A stretch of DNA of 64,000 nt from the human T2T-CHM13v2.0 reference genome, Homo sapiens. This document shows, piece by piece, positions 39,380 to 53,866 of the stretch. Under the pieces are notes generated by a model that saw only the letters and a list, made by a program, of their open reading frames with translations, made no database searches and was not told where the DNA came from. The stretch is from assembly GCF_009914755.1 (NCBI RefSeq), contig NC_060937.1; one strand, 5' to 3'. The position numbers and the translations under genes are program-made. Numbering within the stretch: position 1 is the stretch's first letter; every line of letters begins with the position of its first letter.

Positions 39380-42300
39380 ATTCTGGGAAGATGGCAACAA
39401 TGGCATTATAGCTTACGACTATTCCTGAATCCTCTAATGAACACAGTCAGAGTAGCAAAACCAAAACTGCACAGATGAAATCTACAACTAAGCAACAAAA
39501 CATACACCCTAATGCATGTGTATATGGGGATGAAACTCTGATAGCAAAAAGACTTGTGTGGTATCACTAAAACTTTGCAAGAAGCAGAGAGAAGGAACTG
39601 AGACTTACGATGGATTTGAGTGGTGGAGAACCCCCAAATCATCAATGATACTCACTGGAAAGCTCTGTGGTGTGTTCTGAGAGGAACAACTGATTCTTTG
39701 AGGACGCTTTACAGGACTCAATTCATAGGTAACTGCAAGGAGGCCATCATTAGGTTTGATGATGCTGTGGCTGTCTGAGTCGAAACTCTTGAAACTAACC
39801 AACTACAGATCACTTTCAGAACAAAGCTCTGCACTGAGGAGAGACTTCATTTAGAACTCATATTGAGGAGGAGGAGAACAACAGGAGCAAAGGAAAGAGA
39901 AAATCCAGCCAAGAATGAGGTATAGGAGAAGAGAAAGCAGATCTCAGAGAGCATGAAGCCATGTTTTTGAATCCTTCATTAAAAAAACAAACAGATGCAG
40001 GTGTTTCCAGTATAAAGTTAGGTCCTTGCTACCATTGTAAAAGTGTAAGAATATTCATTTTACCCTAACATGAGCAACAGAAAAGGATTACAGTTAAAAA
40101 TACCATGTAAAGTTATTATAAGCAAAAAGAGAAAATGAATAAAATAATGTCCCTACAGTGAAGGCACACCAGAAAGATAAGTCCACAAGGCAAATAAAAA
40201 CTGCAACCTAATATTTCAAAACAGGCCAAAAGAAGTTGAGAAGCAAATAATAGATATGAAAGAACAACACGAATAAGAATTAGAAAAAGTCATAAATGAG
40301 GTGATTGGAGAAAAATACGATTTAGAAAGATGGCAGAACTTAGGAAATAATTTTAAAATAAAAAAAAATCAAGTTCAGTGTTGAATTCTAAATTAGAGGA
40401 AACCCAAGAGCAAATTGATACCTTCAGAGAAATAGAAGAAAGAACAAAGAAAAAACTTTTAAAAATAAAGTGAATGAAGACACTAAAAGGATGGAAGAGA
40501 AGGTGACAGCTATAAAAATAGGCAGGGACATTAACACATGTGTATTGGGAGTCCCCCAAAAAGGAACCAAAGCCATGGTATAGAACAAGTATTTGAAATT
40601 ATGATTCACAAAAAAATGTCCTGACTTGAAACTATTGAAAGATAGTACTGCAAACCTGGGAAAAAAGACTCAAGAGATATTTTCACTAAAACTATGAACT
40701 TTAAAGAAAAGGAAACAATCCTTTGGTCAACCAGGCAAAAAAATGAAGTCACTGATAAAGGAAAGGGAATCAGATTACATAAGACTTTTCAACTTTACTG
40801 CAGCAGACCATACAATAATGCATTTAACAAAGTCAGGAGTTGAAACAGTCAAAGATATCATACCTTGTCAAACTGACAAACTTATTTCATTATAAAGGTT
40901 AGAGATAAACTGTAATAACTATGCAAAAAAACTCAAAATATTCTTCCCTTGAGAATTCATGAATATTCTACTGAAAAATAAGTGTTAGTTTGCAAAAGCA
41001 AACTTGAACACATGAAAAGGCATACTTCTTGGATCGGAAAATTCAACATAATAAAGTTGTCAATCCTCTTTAAATTAATTTATAAATGTAATGCAATCCC
41101 AGTAAAAATTCCATTTTTTTTTATAATCAAGTAGACAGGTTGACTAAAAAGTTTATTTGGAATAAGAAACAAGAAAGAATAGCCAGGTAAAGAACAAAAA
41201 TGGAGAATATACTAATGGAAATTGATAATGCAAACATTATAAAGCCTTATAATTTAAAAAGTATGGTTTGCATACACGAATAAACAGACCAATGGATCAA
41301 GATAGAAAATCCAGAAATGGATTCAATTACATATGCAAATTACTGGAGAAAGGAGATGGACTTTTGAAAAGTGTTTTTGGGAAAACTGGATGACCTTTTG
41401 CAAAGATAAAATTGGATCCATTCCTCACACTGCACATCAAAATAAACTTTAAATATATTAGAGATTTAAATGTAAGCAATGACACTGTATAAGTAACAGA
41501 AAAAACATAGTGAAGCACTTTCCTAACTATGACTGAAAATGCAGAAGCAACAATGGGAAAGGTTGATACACTTGATAATATATGTATACAAACAAATTTT
41601 ACATGACTGAAAAAACTATCATAAGAAAAGCAAAAAACAAAAAGAGAGACAAATATGGGAAAAATTATTTGCAATTTCTATAATGGACAGAATGTTATAT
41701 TTTTATATAATACAGCTTCTAAAGACAGAGAGGTTTTTAGAGACCAATGACTCTATAGAAAAATCACCTAGAGATAGACACAAGTCACAAAAAAATGAAA
41801 TGCAAATACCCTTGGACATGTGAACAGATACACAATCTCGTGCATAGTAAGAGAAGTGCAAGTTAAAATTATGTTGACATAGTACTTAACTATCAGATTG
41901 ATAAAACCCCAAGTTTAAAAACATTCTGAGTGTCATTTAGAGCTAGAGTTTTTGGCATGCAAAAAAGAAAATTCAAATATGAGATGAAGGAGGTTGAGTA
42001 AAAAGGCAGCAGTGTAAACTGAGATATATTTTATCTCAAAAAATATCCTACATACTAAAAAAATCCATCTTTTTAATGCAAAGAAATAAAACCCATCACC
42101 AGTCCAGTGATAATGAGTAGCTGTAGGATTCAGATTGTGTTCTTTAAGTCCCATTTCCCCATAGAAAGAACCAGGACTCCAGAGAAATGGGTGATTCTAA
42201 CTCTGGGATAGAAAATGTACAGGGATAGTCTGGAGCATCTTGTCACACCAGAAAGCAATGACGCTCAAGGAAGTTATAAGACTACGTAAGAGGATATGCT

Positions 42301-42685
42301 GAAAAGGAAACGTTTTGAAGTTGCTCCCACTGGCTAAGTTTTGAGCAACAATAAGGACAAAAGATGTCAATGAATCATGATACATGAAATATATTTAAAT
42401 GCATGACTTTTAATGGTACTAAAAAACATCACATTGGTCACCTTAGAAAGACTTGAAGAACCAATTCATTATTTTAAAGAATAGTAAATAGAAAAGAAAT
42501 AGTAAGCATTTATCCTGCCTTCCCTATACTAAAAGTACTTCAGAATAAACAATTGATGAAGGGAAATTTCTCTTAGAGACAGAGTCTAGGTAATACATGG
42601 GAAAGAGATGAGAATTAAAGTATTATCACTTTGCAACATTTAATGGATTAACAGATCCAGGCAATTATCATCAGTGGTTGCCAAT
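39380..42685 (+). mobile_element. Old L1M: 5'UTR/ORF1, ORF2 and L1MC/MD 3' remnants
   Basis: TTCTGGGAAGATGGC 5'-end motif; A-rich ORF1-like text; AATGCAATCCCAGTAAAAATTCCA; GGATCCATTCCTCACAC; GAGCATCTTGTCACACCAGAAAGCAA. Confidence 0.7.
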
Positions 42686-42905
42686 ATATGTATATAACTT
42701 AATGTATAATACTAATTTATATTATAATATATGCTATATTAATTTAATATATATTAGCATATGTATAATTTAATATTTAATATATAATTATATATTACAT
42801 ATGTATATAGCTCTATAAGTACTATAGATAATATATATTAATCTAATTTTCTCTGTCATCTATTATTTACCTATTATCTCTCTCTACTATCTGTCTGTCT
42901 ATTTA
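42684..42905. repeat. AT-rich low-complexity (TA-derived) tract
   Basis: Degenerate TATA/TCTA repeats, read directly. Confidence 0.8.
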
Positions 42906-45900
42906 TCATAGAAAAGAATTACGCCTTGGTACCAATTCAGTCAGGTGGGCTCACATGATTGACTTTTAGCCCCATCTTTTGCTTAAAAATAAAAATTACA
43001 TAGTACTGTAGGAAGACTGTAGGGAGCTGAGTGGGGACTAAGAGAGCATACAAACTTTATTTTACAACTATCCAGTCCACCACCTATCTCACAGATATGG
43101 GTGCAATTTCTAAGTCAAACACTATCTCATAACTGACTATATATGGCTTTTCCTGGGGTGAAATACTTTGTTTTTGCTTTCGGCATTCCTTCCCTGACTT
43201 GCCTTTTTAGTTGTTGTGGGGACTATGTTTTTAAATCCACGAGATGCAAGGAAACAATGGACGCCTTTCTTCGCTGCTTGTAAAGGTCATATGAGAAACA
43301 AGCATGAGCAGAGCAGTTCTGACTAGACGTGCAAGCACACACAGAACGGGACACATTCACCGCGTCGTTTGTCAGCATTAACCCTTTGCTTATACCAAGA
43401 AAAGGAGGCTGTGTTTCTATCTTCAGATGGTTTTGGACTGAATTTATGTGAAGTAGAAAACAGGAGTGAATCACTGAAATTTTTGCTTGCTCTGTTAGGG
43501 CTTGGGAAGACCCAAAATGGAGGTGGCGTCTGAGTCCAGGAAGAAAGAGGACGTTTATGAAACAAGAGGTCAGGGATTTTCCTCTCAGGTCTCACGACTG
43601 TAAGCAGATCAGAGCTGCCAGATGACTATGCAATGCCTCTAGCACCATAAGGAATATTCCCCTCCAACACCAGTTAAAAGAAAAATAATAACAAACTAGA
43701 AATAAGCATAGAAAGTACAGATAAGTACAAGATAGTAAAAAATACTTTAACTTTTATTCTTTTTCCATGTTATTATTTTAATAGTTTTTATAAAAAATTA
43801 AGTATCAAATTCTCACAAAGGTTATTTTCTCATCATTTAGTGTTCTCACCTTGTTGGGGGCCTAAACACTTGTGTTGCTTTTGGGTAATCTAGTACTGGC
43901 TCAGATCCATCTCCTCAGAAGTCCAAGAAATTACTTGTCAGGAAACTTGGTAGGATGGTCTGCTCACCAACGTAGTTTATTGACTGCTGCTTTTACACTG
44001 ATCTAAAAATACTCTTTATTTTTGGTTGGAATATGGCTTATTTTGGGAGAAACTGGTGAGGTTAGGTCATCCTCAGATTTCTGCAAAATATTTTATTATA
44101 ATAGACCTAGCTATTCATGGGAAGATTATAATACCTCATGGATCATCTGGGGAAAATACCTGGTCTTCAAGGCCACTATTTCCAGCAGCAAACATAAAAA
44201 TCCTTTAATCCATGTCCCACGCTTAGGTTTCTTAATTCATGAAATTCTGCTTATGATTGCCACATATAAATAAGAAAGGACTTGAACATATGTGAGCTAT
44301 AAGAAACTTTTGTAAAGCAATGCAACTCATGGGTTTAAACAAATACTTTTGGCAGCTTTGTTAAGCATACATGCAAAAAGTGGGTTTGCTTCACCAGTAA
44401 GGGATACAGAAAAATCCAAGCTCTCTGACCTACATGTGACACACACAGGATAATAATTAATGATAATAATAAGTTTTAAAAAATCTAGTATGCCTTTCTA
44501 TCAGGATGGAGCAAGAGATTAATTACACATTGTACATCATAATGTCTGAAAGCCTGAGAACTTGTGCAATCTGAATTAAATTTTATGAAACAAAATGCAT
44601 GGAATTGATGCTTTCATTTTGAATACACAAGTCTTTTTCTTCTTATATTCTTTCCCCCTCTCTTTTTTCCTTCTCTCCCTCCTTATCTTAGCACCCCTCC
44701 TCCCTGCTTCTAAAAGAAGAGAATACTGTTCTCAGGACTCTCTCAGCCTTTCTCAATTGAAAGCAATGATTCTGAGTCACTCCTTTATATTAAGTGAAAT
44801 ACTCTTGCATGAATCTCTAGGGATGAAGTGATTAGCCCAGCAAGAAGCCAGCGGATTCTGGTTGTCCGTGAAAGTGGTAGAAAGAATTAAATACAATTTT
44901 GCAAAGATAACACTAAAAGAATGGTATTTTCTTTCAAAACATGTCCTTTTCTGAAACATCAGTGCAGACGTATGTCAAGATAGAAACTGGATCATATTTC
45001 TAACAGTTGAAGACTCAGATTTCATCAAACAAGACTGCTTGTTCTCATGCCCAAACTGTATCCTACACTGTCCTGTTGTCTGGACTATAATGGAACATAA
45101 CATTAACTTCGGACAGTGGAGGTTGTGTTGGTGCCAACCTTGCTAATGAACATGTGGTTTCCATAATAATGTGGCTACTTGCATATTAGGTGGCAAGGTG
45201 CCAGGTACGTACTTAATGTTGAGGGGGCAACTGATGTAAAAAGTACCATCTCCTGATATGATTGCATTTCCAAAAATACTCTGCACCTGGACTGAAACTC
45301 GGCAAAATGAGGAATGTCACTCAGCATCAGGAAGTTTAAGGCATTGACAGATAAGGAGGAGCCCTGCAGATTCCAGGCATGCACTCTGTGAGCCTCAAGC
45401 ATCCATCACAAGGTCTTGATGATAACAAAATGGGTAACGTCACAGTGTGAAAAACAGCCCGACCCCGGAGGGTGGTGGGTGGGGGAAGGTTTAGGACCAC
45501 TCCCTGCTTCAAGTTCCTGGTGTTCTGGACTCAGGCACTTGAGGGTCTGAAAGCTAGAAGACAGTGAAATGAGTTACAGTTTAATGATATTCCCACTACA
45601 CTGACAAAATGGATTCAGTTACATAATGGTAGCATTAAATGTTATTAAGAAGGGATCCAAAGTCTTGGGGCCAGACTTTCACAAAATCATGATAAGCTGC
45701 GAAAAACAGCTGAAATAGCACATTTATAGGCTTTCCAGTCCTCAATTTGTTGAAGGGGAAAAAAGTTGTTATATTTGCTCAAACATTCTGCAGTGTTGGC
45801 CTATAATCAGGGGCTTAGTGGAGGGGCGGGGGGTGTCAGGACATATCTGATTTGATTATTATATCTTAACTTGCATTTTTGTTTTCCTGAAAGCTTTTGT

Positions 45901-46101
45901 GAAGTACAGAGCTAAATGGTTTGCCCAAGGCCTTGGTTGCTTAGTAGGGCAGTGATTTTTCTTGGTGTCAAGACCTCCTCTGTAGAGTGACCAGGTGTAG
46001 AGGGTAGACTGTTTTTCTTCATTTCTATCTTCTCTTTGTATAAGAGAAGCTTCATTTTTTTAAATCTGCATTTTATAAAATTGATTCATTGTGGTATGTA
46101 G

Positions 46102-46614
46102 TTTTTTTTAATGTTTAATTTTTGTGGGTACATAGTAAGTGTATATATTGATGGGGTGCATTAGATAGTTTGATACAGGCATATAATGCATAATAATCAC
46201 ATTGTGGAAAGTGGGGTGTTCATCCCCACAAGCATTTATCCTTTGTGTTACAGACCATCCAGTTATACTCTGTTAGTTATTTAAAAATGTACAATTAAAT
46301 TATTTTGACTATAGTCACCCTGTTGTGCTATCAAACACAAGATATTATTCATTCTTTCTGTTTTTTGTACCCATTAACCATTCCCACCTCCTCCCAGCAT
46401 CCCAGTACCCTTCCCAGCCTCTGGTAACCATCCTTCTACATAAGTTCAATTATTTTGATTTTTACCCCCTAGAAATAAGTGAGTACGTGTAATGTTTGTC
46501 TTTCTGTGCTTGGCTTATTTCATTTAACATAGTGACCTCCAGTTCCATCCATGTTATTGCAAATGACAGGATCTCATCCTTTTTTATAACTGAATAGTAC
46601 TCCATTATGTATAA
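46102..46614 (-). mobile_element. L1MA2/3-like 3' end
   Basis: TTTTTGTGGGTACATAGTAAGTGTATATATT; CTATAGTCACCCTGTTGTGCTATCAAA; TSD-like GTATGTAGT at 46094-46102 and 46615-46623. Confidence 0.88.
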
Positions 46615-47019
46615 GTATGTAGTGTATAGTTTGGACTAAGGTATCTACTACCACAATCAACATGCCAAGAGTTCCATCACTTCCAAAAAATTTCTCATGC
46701 TGCCTGGTTGTCATCAGTCTTTTTTCTACCTCCAGCCTCTGCTAACTGCTGATCTGTTCTCCATCCCCATAGTTTTGTCTTGTTTTGAATAACATATAAA
46801 GGGAAACTATAGCATGTAGTCTCTTGAGTCTGACCTATTTCATTAGCAAAATGCATTTGAGATTCATTCGTATTGTTTCATGCATGAGTAATTTACTTCT
46901 TTTTATTGTAAAAGAGTATTCCATTGTATGGATGTATCAGTTTGTTTATCCATTCACCCATGGAAGGAAATTTGTACTATTTCCAATTTTTGGCTTTAAT
47001 TATTATATTTTTAAACCAT

Positions 47020-47720
47020 CTTATTGAAGTATAATTGACATACAAAATCTGTCCTTATTTAATTTATACAACTTGATGAGTTAGGAGATAAGTATGCACT
47101 CATCAAATCATCACCATAAACCTATACTTCACCATAAATCATGCCATAAACCTATACTTCACTTCCAAAAATTTCCTCCTGCTTTCTTTCTTTATTATAA
47201 TAATAATAATTATTATTATTTGTGATAAAAGCACTCAACATTAGATCTGCTTTTAAAGCAAAATTTTAAGGATACAATATATTATTGGTAATTACAGTCC
47301 CTGTGCTTTACAGTAGATCTCTAAGATTATCCATTTTATATAATCAAAACTTTGTACACTTTGACTCATACCTTCCATTTCTCCCTCCCCACAATCTCTG
47401 ACCACTATCCTTCTATTCTCTGCTTCTATGAGTTTGACTACTTTAGATTCATTACATAAGTAATATCATGTAGTATTTGTCCTTCTGTGTCTGGCTTATT
47501 TTACTTAGCATAATGTATCCCAGGTTCATCCATGTTGCTGTAAGAGGCAGGATTTTCTTCTTTTTTAAGGATGAATAATATTCCCTTGTATGTATATATT
47601 ACATTTTCTTTATCCATTTAGGAGTCAGTGGACATTTAGGTTGTTGCTTTGATGCCTCGGTGATTGTGAATAATGCTGCAGTGAATATGGAAATGCAGAT
47701 AGCTCTTGAAAATACTATTG
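47020..47720 (-). mobile_element. L1MA9/10-like 3' end
   Basis: TTATTGAAGTATAATTGACATACAAAA; CTCTGCTTCTATGAGTTTGACT; same family text as 4924-5793. Confidence 0.82.
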
Positions 47721-48329
47721 GCTTATTATTTATACCTCTTTTATATTTTTACTTTTAGTGGTTGCCCTAGAGTTACAATATTTATCTTTAATTAATCTGA
47801 GTTTACCTTCAAATAATATTAAATCACTTCACATGTAGTGTATGGACCTTGCAACAGTATATTCAAATTCCTTCATCTTTTACTTTATGCTATACATTTA
47901 ATTTTACATATGCTGCAAGCACATAGTATATTGCTACTATTTTTTTTCTTTGCATAATCAATTATCATTTAGGCACTTAGGAGTAAGAAAATGCATTTTT
48001 AAATCTTTATTTATTTCCTTTCCCACAACTCTTTATTTGTTTGTGCAGATCCAACTTTCTCTCTGGTGCTATATTACTTCTACCTGGATAGCCTTCTCAA
48101 ACATTTCTTATAATGCAGGCCTATTACCAATTAATTCTCCATTTTTCTTTTCGAGAAAGATTTTATTTCACCTTTAGTTTTAAAAGATGTTTTCCTGGGT
48201 ACAGAACTCTGGCTGACAGTTTTTAAAAAATCTTAATGATGTCACTCCATTTTCTCCTGGCTTACATGATTTCCCACGAGAAGTTTGTTCTTATTTTTGT
48301 TCCTCTGTATAGAATGTATCTTTAGTTTA

Positions 48330-49070
48330 GTTTTGTTTTAATAAATTTTATTTTTAGAAGAGTTTTAGGTTTACAGAGAAACTGCAACAGTAGTACAGAG
48401 AGTTCCAGTATATCTCATATCCGGTTTACCCATTATTAATATCTTATGTTAGTATGGTACATCTGACCCAATATTGAAAAATTAATATTAACTAAAGTCT
48501 GTACTTTATTCAGATTTCCTTAGTTTTTACCTAATGGCATTTTTGTGCTCTAGGATCCCATCTACCACATTATGTTGTGATCATGTCTCCTTAACTCCTC
48601 TAGGCTGCGACAGTTTTTCAGGATTTCTTTATTTTTGATGACTATGATAGATTGAGGAGTACTGGTCATGTGTTTTGTAGAATGTCCCTCAATTTGGATT
48701 TGTCTGATGATTTTCTCAAGATTCGACTGGGGTTATGGGTTTTTGGGGAGGAAGACCACAGAGGTAAAGTGCCATTTTTGTAATAATCATATTAAGGAGA
48801 CTTACTGTTAACATAACTTTTCACTCTTGATGTTGACCTTGATCACGTGGCTAAGATAGTATTTGTCAGATTTCTCCACTGTAAAATTACTCCTCTCTCT
48901 TTTACTTTTGAAATCTTTGGAAGGAAGTCCATATAAACAGCCCATGATTAAACAATGGGGAGTTAGGTTTATTCTCCTTAAGGGTAGAGTAACTACATAA
49001 ATCATTTAGGATCTTCTACAAGTGAGACTTGTCTCTTCTTCCCCCTGTTATTTATTTATATCAATATTAA
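48330..49070 (-). mobile_element. L1MC/MD-type 3' end
   Basis: TTTTAGGTTTACAGAGAAA; GGAAGACCACAGAGGTAAAGTGCCATT; reverse of the motifs at 36065-36700. Confidence 0.78.
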
Positions 49071-49808
49071 TGTCTTTTATTTTTGGCTGCCTTCAGAAAT
49101 TTTCTCTTTCTCCTCTCTTTGTTTTTTATCATTTGGATAAGACATATCTCAGGTTTGTTTTTTAATTTGTTTGTTTGTATTGTGTGTATCCTCACTGGTG
49201 TTCTTTGTGTTTCTTGGATCTGTGGTTTGGTGTCTAATGTTAATTTTGGAAAAATCTTGGTTATTATATGTTCAAATGTTTATTCTGCCCTATTCCCTCT
49301 CTCTTCTTGTAGAATTTCAATTAAACACATCTTAGGTATATGTCATTGTTCTACATTCCTTTGATATTCTATTCTACTTTTTTCATTCTTGTTTTTCTTT
49401 TAATTCAAATAACTTATATTGACCTATATGAGGCTTACTGATTCTTTCTTTGACTAGTCAAATGTATTGATGATACACTCAAAGGCATTCTTCATATCTG
49501 TTACTTTTTTATTATTATTATTTGTAGCATTCCTACTTAAATCTTCCTTAGTACTCTCTCTCTCTGCTGAAATTACTTATCTGATCCTGTGTGTTGTCTC
49601 CTTTTCCCATTAGAACTTTCAACATATTAATTATAGTTATTTTGAATTTCCTATTTATGGTTTTGATATCTGTATTATATCTGAGTCTGCTTCTGTCGAT
49701 TTACTCATGCCACTGTGTTGTTTTTCTTGCTTTATTTTTGTATGCTTTGTACTTTTTTGGTTGAAAGCTGTATACTTTCTGTAGGACAATATATACTAAA
49801 GTAAGTGA

Positions 49809-50114
<306 letters not shown>

Positions 50115-51059
50115 AGGTAAATGATTTTTATTCCTGGAAATGAGCACATTTCCTTCTGCTAGGACTCTAATGTGGATTATTGAACCAATCTACTTAGGGA
50201 TTTAATTGGAATAGAGATTGCTGTTGCTCTGGTTAACTACAGTGTACTACAGACTTCAAATTCCTATAGTGACACTTTGTGTGTTGGGTGGAGGCTGGTT
50301 CGCCAGAAGGCTTTTTCTTAATATCCATTCTCAGCTTTAGGTCTTTATTTTACACTATGCCTTAGAGACGGTCTCTTTCCATACTCATTTAATTCTTCCA
50401 CCATTACTAACTGTTACTTGTTACTTAATGCTTGTTAGAGTGGTGGCGTGGGGTCAGGAGTCCATTCTTCATTCTTTTCATGAAGCTTGTTTTTAGGCAG
50501 GTACTGTGTGTCTCTGGAGACCTTTTTCTGTATTTTTTACTTTAAAAAGTATGGAGTCCATTCATAAGGATGCTGGCAGGGGCAGTAAGGAGATATCTGG
50601 ATGTACTTTAATCCAAAAACCATATTTTAGCATGTTCTATGTGCCAGATCCTGGGCCAGATGCTCTAAATGCAAATGTGACAATGATGTGGTTCTTCCAA
50701 TTCAGAAGCTCTGTATCAGAGAACCATAAACTGGTAAATAGGTGTAGACTCAAGGTACTTTGAAACCCAACAGAGGGCTTTTTTGCTCAGTGCAGATGAG
50801 GGTGATGGTCAGGGAATCTTTCCTAGATGGACTCCATCCAGACCACCATCTCTCTAGGACATCTGATTTTGTGCTCCATCAGACAAAAGGCAATGGTTTG
50901 AGATGAGAGAGAGAAAGACCTAAGTATTTGAAGTAAGGATACAGGAGGTGAGGAAACTATGGAGAAATACAGTGCCCTCTGAAGGTCATACTCTCAACAT
51001 TACTTCAGGTATCTTCATAGTGCTATCTCTAGAAAAATCAAGGGTTTTTTTTTGTTTCA

Positions 51060-51260
51060 GACAAATCTGAAATCTGAAATTTGAAATCTGGATTTCTCAC
51101 CTACAAGCTGAGGAATCTTGGGAAAATTACTTTCCCAATGTTCACTTTTCTCATATATAAAATGACAAAGATGTTTTCTGTCCCATTGGATTGCTGTAAA
51201 CATTATGTGAAACATCAGCTTCTAGAAGATCCATAATAAGTAGTTACTAATATTGTTGTT
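51060..51260 (+). mobile_element. MIR fragment
   Basis: TTTGAAATCTGG; TCTTGGGAAAATTACTT; TTTTCTCATATATAAAATG. Confidence 0.5.
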
Positions 51261-51302
51261 GTTATTTGCAGCCACTAAATTGAATTGTTTTTAATTCTTT
51301 AG

Positions 51303-51413
51303 GTACCCTAATGACAAGTTCACCCCAGTGTTTTCTGAGGAGTCTACCTGGAAATGAGAACCATCTGTCCTTCCTATAGTAGTTCTTCTCAGAATGCCGA
51401 CTCTATGCTAATG
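51303..51413 (+). other. Candidate 111-nt non-coding/UTR exon
   Basis: TTTTTAATTCTTTAG acceptor and ATG|GTGAGA donor in apparently unique sequence; stops in all three through-frames; no transcript evidence. Confidence 0.3.
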
Positions 51414-51984
51414 GTGAGAAAGTAGCTTCCAGATCAGACCCCCTAAAAATATATCTAAAAACTCAACTCCTGTGGTCATCTCTTTCAAGTATTTAAACCT
51501 CAGAATTTTCTCCAGCAAGCATATAGGCCCCATAGAGTCCATAAGCTTGCAATGTCTTGGCCATGTGTACCCATGTGGTACATTCAACCACCATACTGGA
51601 ATACGATATTGCATTTCCTGGGCAGGATTAAGAGTGAGCTCTCTTAGGCTCAGATGACCCCCACAATCAAAGGTAAGAGGGCTGTAACTGAAATATCACT
51701 CAACAGTCATGCCAGGAATAATGGACACTGAAACGACTACCATGCCTTGTGGTGAGTGCCCTCCTTTGGGGATTAGCAAGATGGTAGGGGATGTGCAGAA
51801 GACTGCAATGGGTCTCTTAACCCTTCCTTCCTTCAGTATATAATCCAGGTTATTTTAGAAATAGAACACCAGTGATGTGTTTGTGACAACTTCTACTGGT
51901 CCTGTAATCTAGTTAGAATTGGGTGGATGACCCCTTATAAATCCTAACTAGATTACAGGACCAGTAATGTGTCAGTCTTAATTA

Positions 51985-53545
51985 ATTCATTGGTTTATTT
52001 ATTCATTCATTCTTTCATTCATTTTTTTACTTGTTCATCCATTCATCAAAAGTATTTTTAGTACTTTACCTACTATTAGCTGGGCTTCAGTTAAATAATT
52101 TTGTATTTTTTTTTCCTTAATAGAACTTATGATCTGGTGGAAGGACATGATAACTAATCAAATAATCACAAATATGTATTTCAGAGGTAATTATTCTAAA
52201 GGAAAGTTATCTGACTTGGTTTTTCTGGGAAGTCTTGCCTAAATGAGATAATTTTTGAAGTGGGTGAGCTGGCCACTTAGGGCTTGGGAGAGGTTAACAG
52301 AATGAGGCCACAGGTAACTTCTTGAGCAGCATGTGCAAGGGCCTTGGGGACAGAGGGCTGTGGTACGTTTGATGGACTGTGAACAGAACAGTCAGGCTGT
52401 AGTATAGAGAGTGAGGGAAGAGAGTGGTGCAAAATAAAGCTGAAAATATGGGCATATGTCAGGTCATTCAGGACTTTGTAAGGCGTGTGAAGGGTTTGGG
52501 TTGTCAGTTGAAGGGTTAGGGAAACCACTGAAGAGATTTAAGTGGGGCACGGTTGTGGAGGGGGGTGGTGACTGTGTAATTTGTAAAGAACACAAAGATT
52601 GCAGGGTGGAGAACAGATTGGGAAGGCAGCAAGTATCAATGTAGGAAGACTGGTTAGAAGGTATAAGGAGGTTTTATTTTGTTTTTTTCCTTTGTAGATG
52701 GGAGAAACTTGAGTAAGTAAATGTCAGTGGGAAAGATCCAAGCAAGAGAGAAATGCTGAATGAAAAAAAGAAAAAAGAGCTAGTGAAAGCTTCCTGAAAG
52801 CCAGTGTAATGATTGGAGCAATTGGCCTTAGAAAGGAGAAGGGCTAATTTTATTCTACAGAAAGGAGAAAAAATGGGATGGGTGCAGATATAAGGGCCCA
52901 TTTTTGTGGGAGTTCCTGTCTTGTGGCTTTTGTTTTCTGTGTAAAGTAGGAAGTGAGGTCATTTGTTAAGAGTGGAAGGAAAGGTGCAAGACAAAAAAGC
53001 AAGTCAGAGATCTGAGGAGACTGGAGAAAGTTTGAGAAATTCACTAGAGAGGTGGGAGAGAGAACTGACAGGTGCTTGTGGAAATCTTGCCGATATGTGT
53101 TGAGGACGTGCTGGTTTTGATGTTCATGACTTCACAACAGTGCAGATCCACTCTGTGTGTGGCTTTCATCAGCAATACTTCCGTATTTGGGTTTAGAAAG
53201 ATTAAGGGAAAAAAGGAAAAAAAGACAGTTGGGTTCAGGCAACACTGGGATCTTGTTAGCAGCTGCTAATATAAAGACAGAAAGGAATGGAGTTTGGGGC
53301 CCTGGCAAATATGTTATTGAAATGACATATAATGAAATTCAAGCTTAGAAAGGGGGAATTTGAAAAAGAAGGCTGATAGATTGGAAGAGAGTAGAAGAGT
53401 CAATGGAAGGGACCCTGAAGAAGTTGAAGAACACTTGTAATCTGAGGAGTCGAACTAGCTAGCTGGATAGAAAGGAGTTAGTAGGAAACTGATTTAGTGA
53501 TTTGGGTGGTAGAGAGGTTTGGGGTGATGACAAGTTCCAGGGTAG
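51985..53545 (-). mobile_element. L2 LINE (long degenerate copy)
   Basis: (TTCA)n tail, then purine-rich L2 text (GCATGTGCAAGGGCC; GGGAAACCACTGAAGAGATTTAAG; TAAAGTAGGAAGTGAGGTCAT). Confidence 0.8.
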
Positions 53546-53866
53546 TGTTGGGAGACAATTTTCCATGAATATTTTTACGTTTCTGCGCAGTCTTGGCTTT
53601 CTGAGCAAAGAAAATTGGCAAAAATGGTTAAACAATAATTGAATAGCAAATATGCCTGAGAAGCTAGAAATAGTGTATTGTTCCAGACAGATTTAGAGAA
53701 TTCGCTGCCATAGAGTCATTTGCATTACATTTCTGGGTAGCAAAAACCTAGGGACCTTTCCCTCACATCCTCAGAGAGGGTTTCTTACATTCCAGAGTGA
53801 AAGTCTCTCTCTCTTTCTTTCCAGAAGAAATGAGGGGCAAATGCACTAGCTGCCCTATGTAAGCTC
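53546..53866 (+). mobile_element. LTR40-like ERVL LTR, 5' part
   Basis: Starts TGTTGGGAGACAATTTTCCATG...CGTTTCTGC. Confidence 0.65.
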
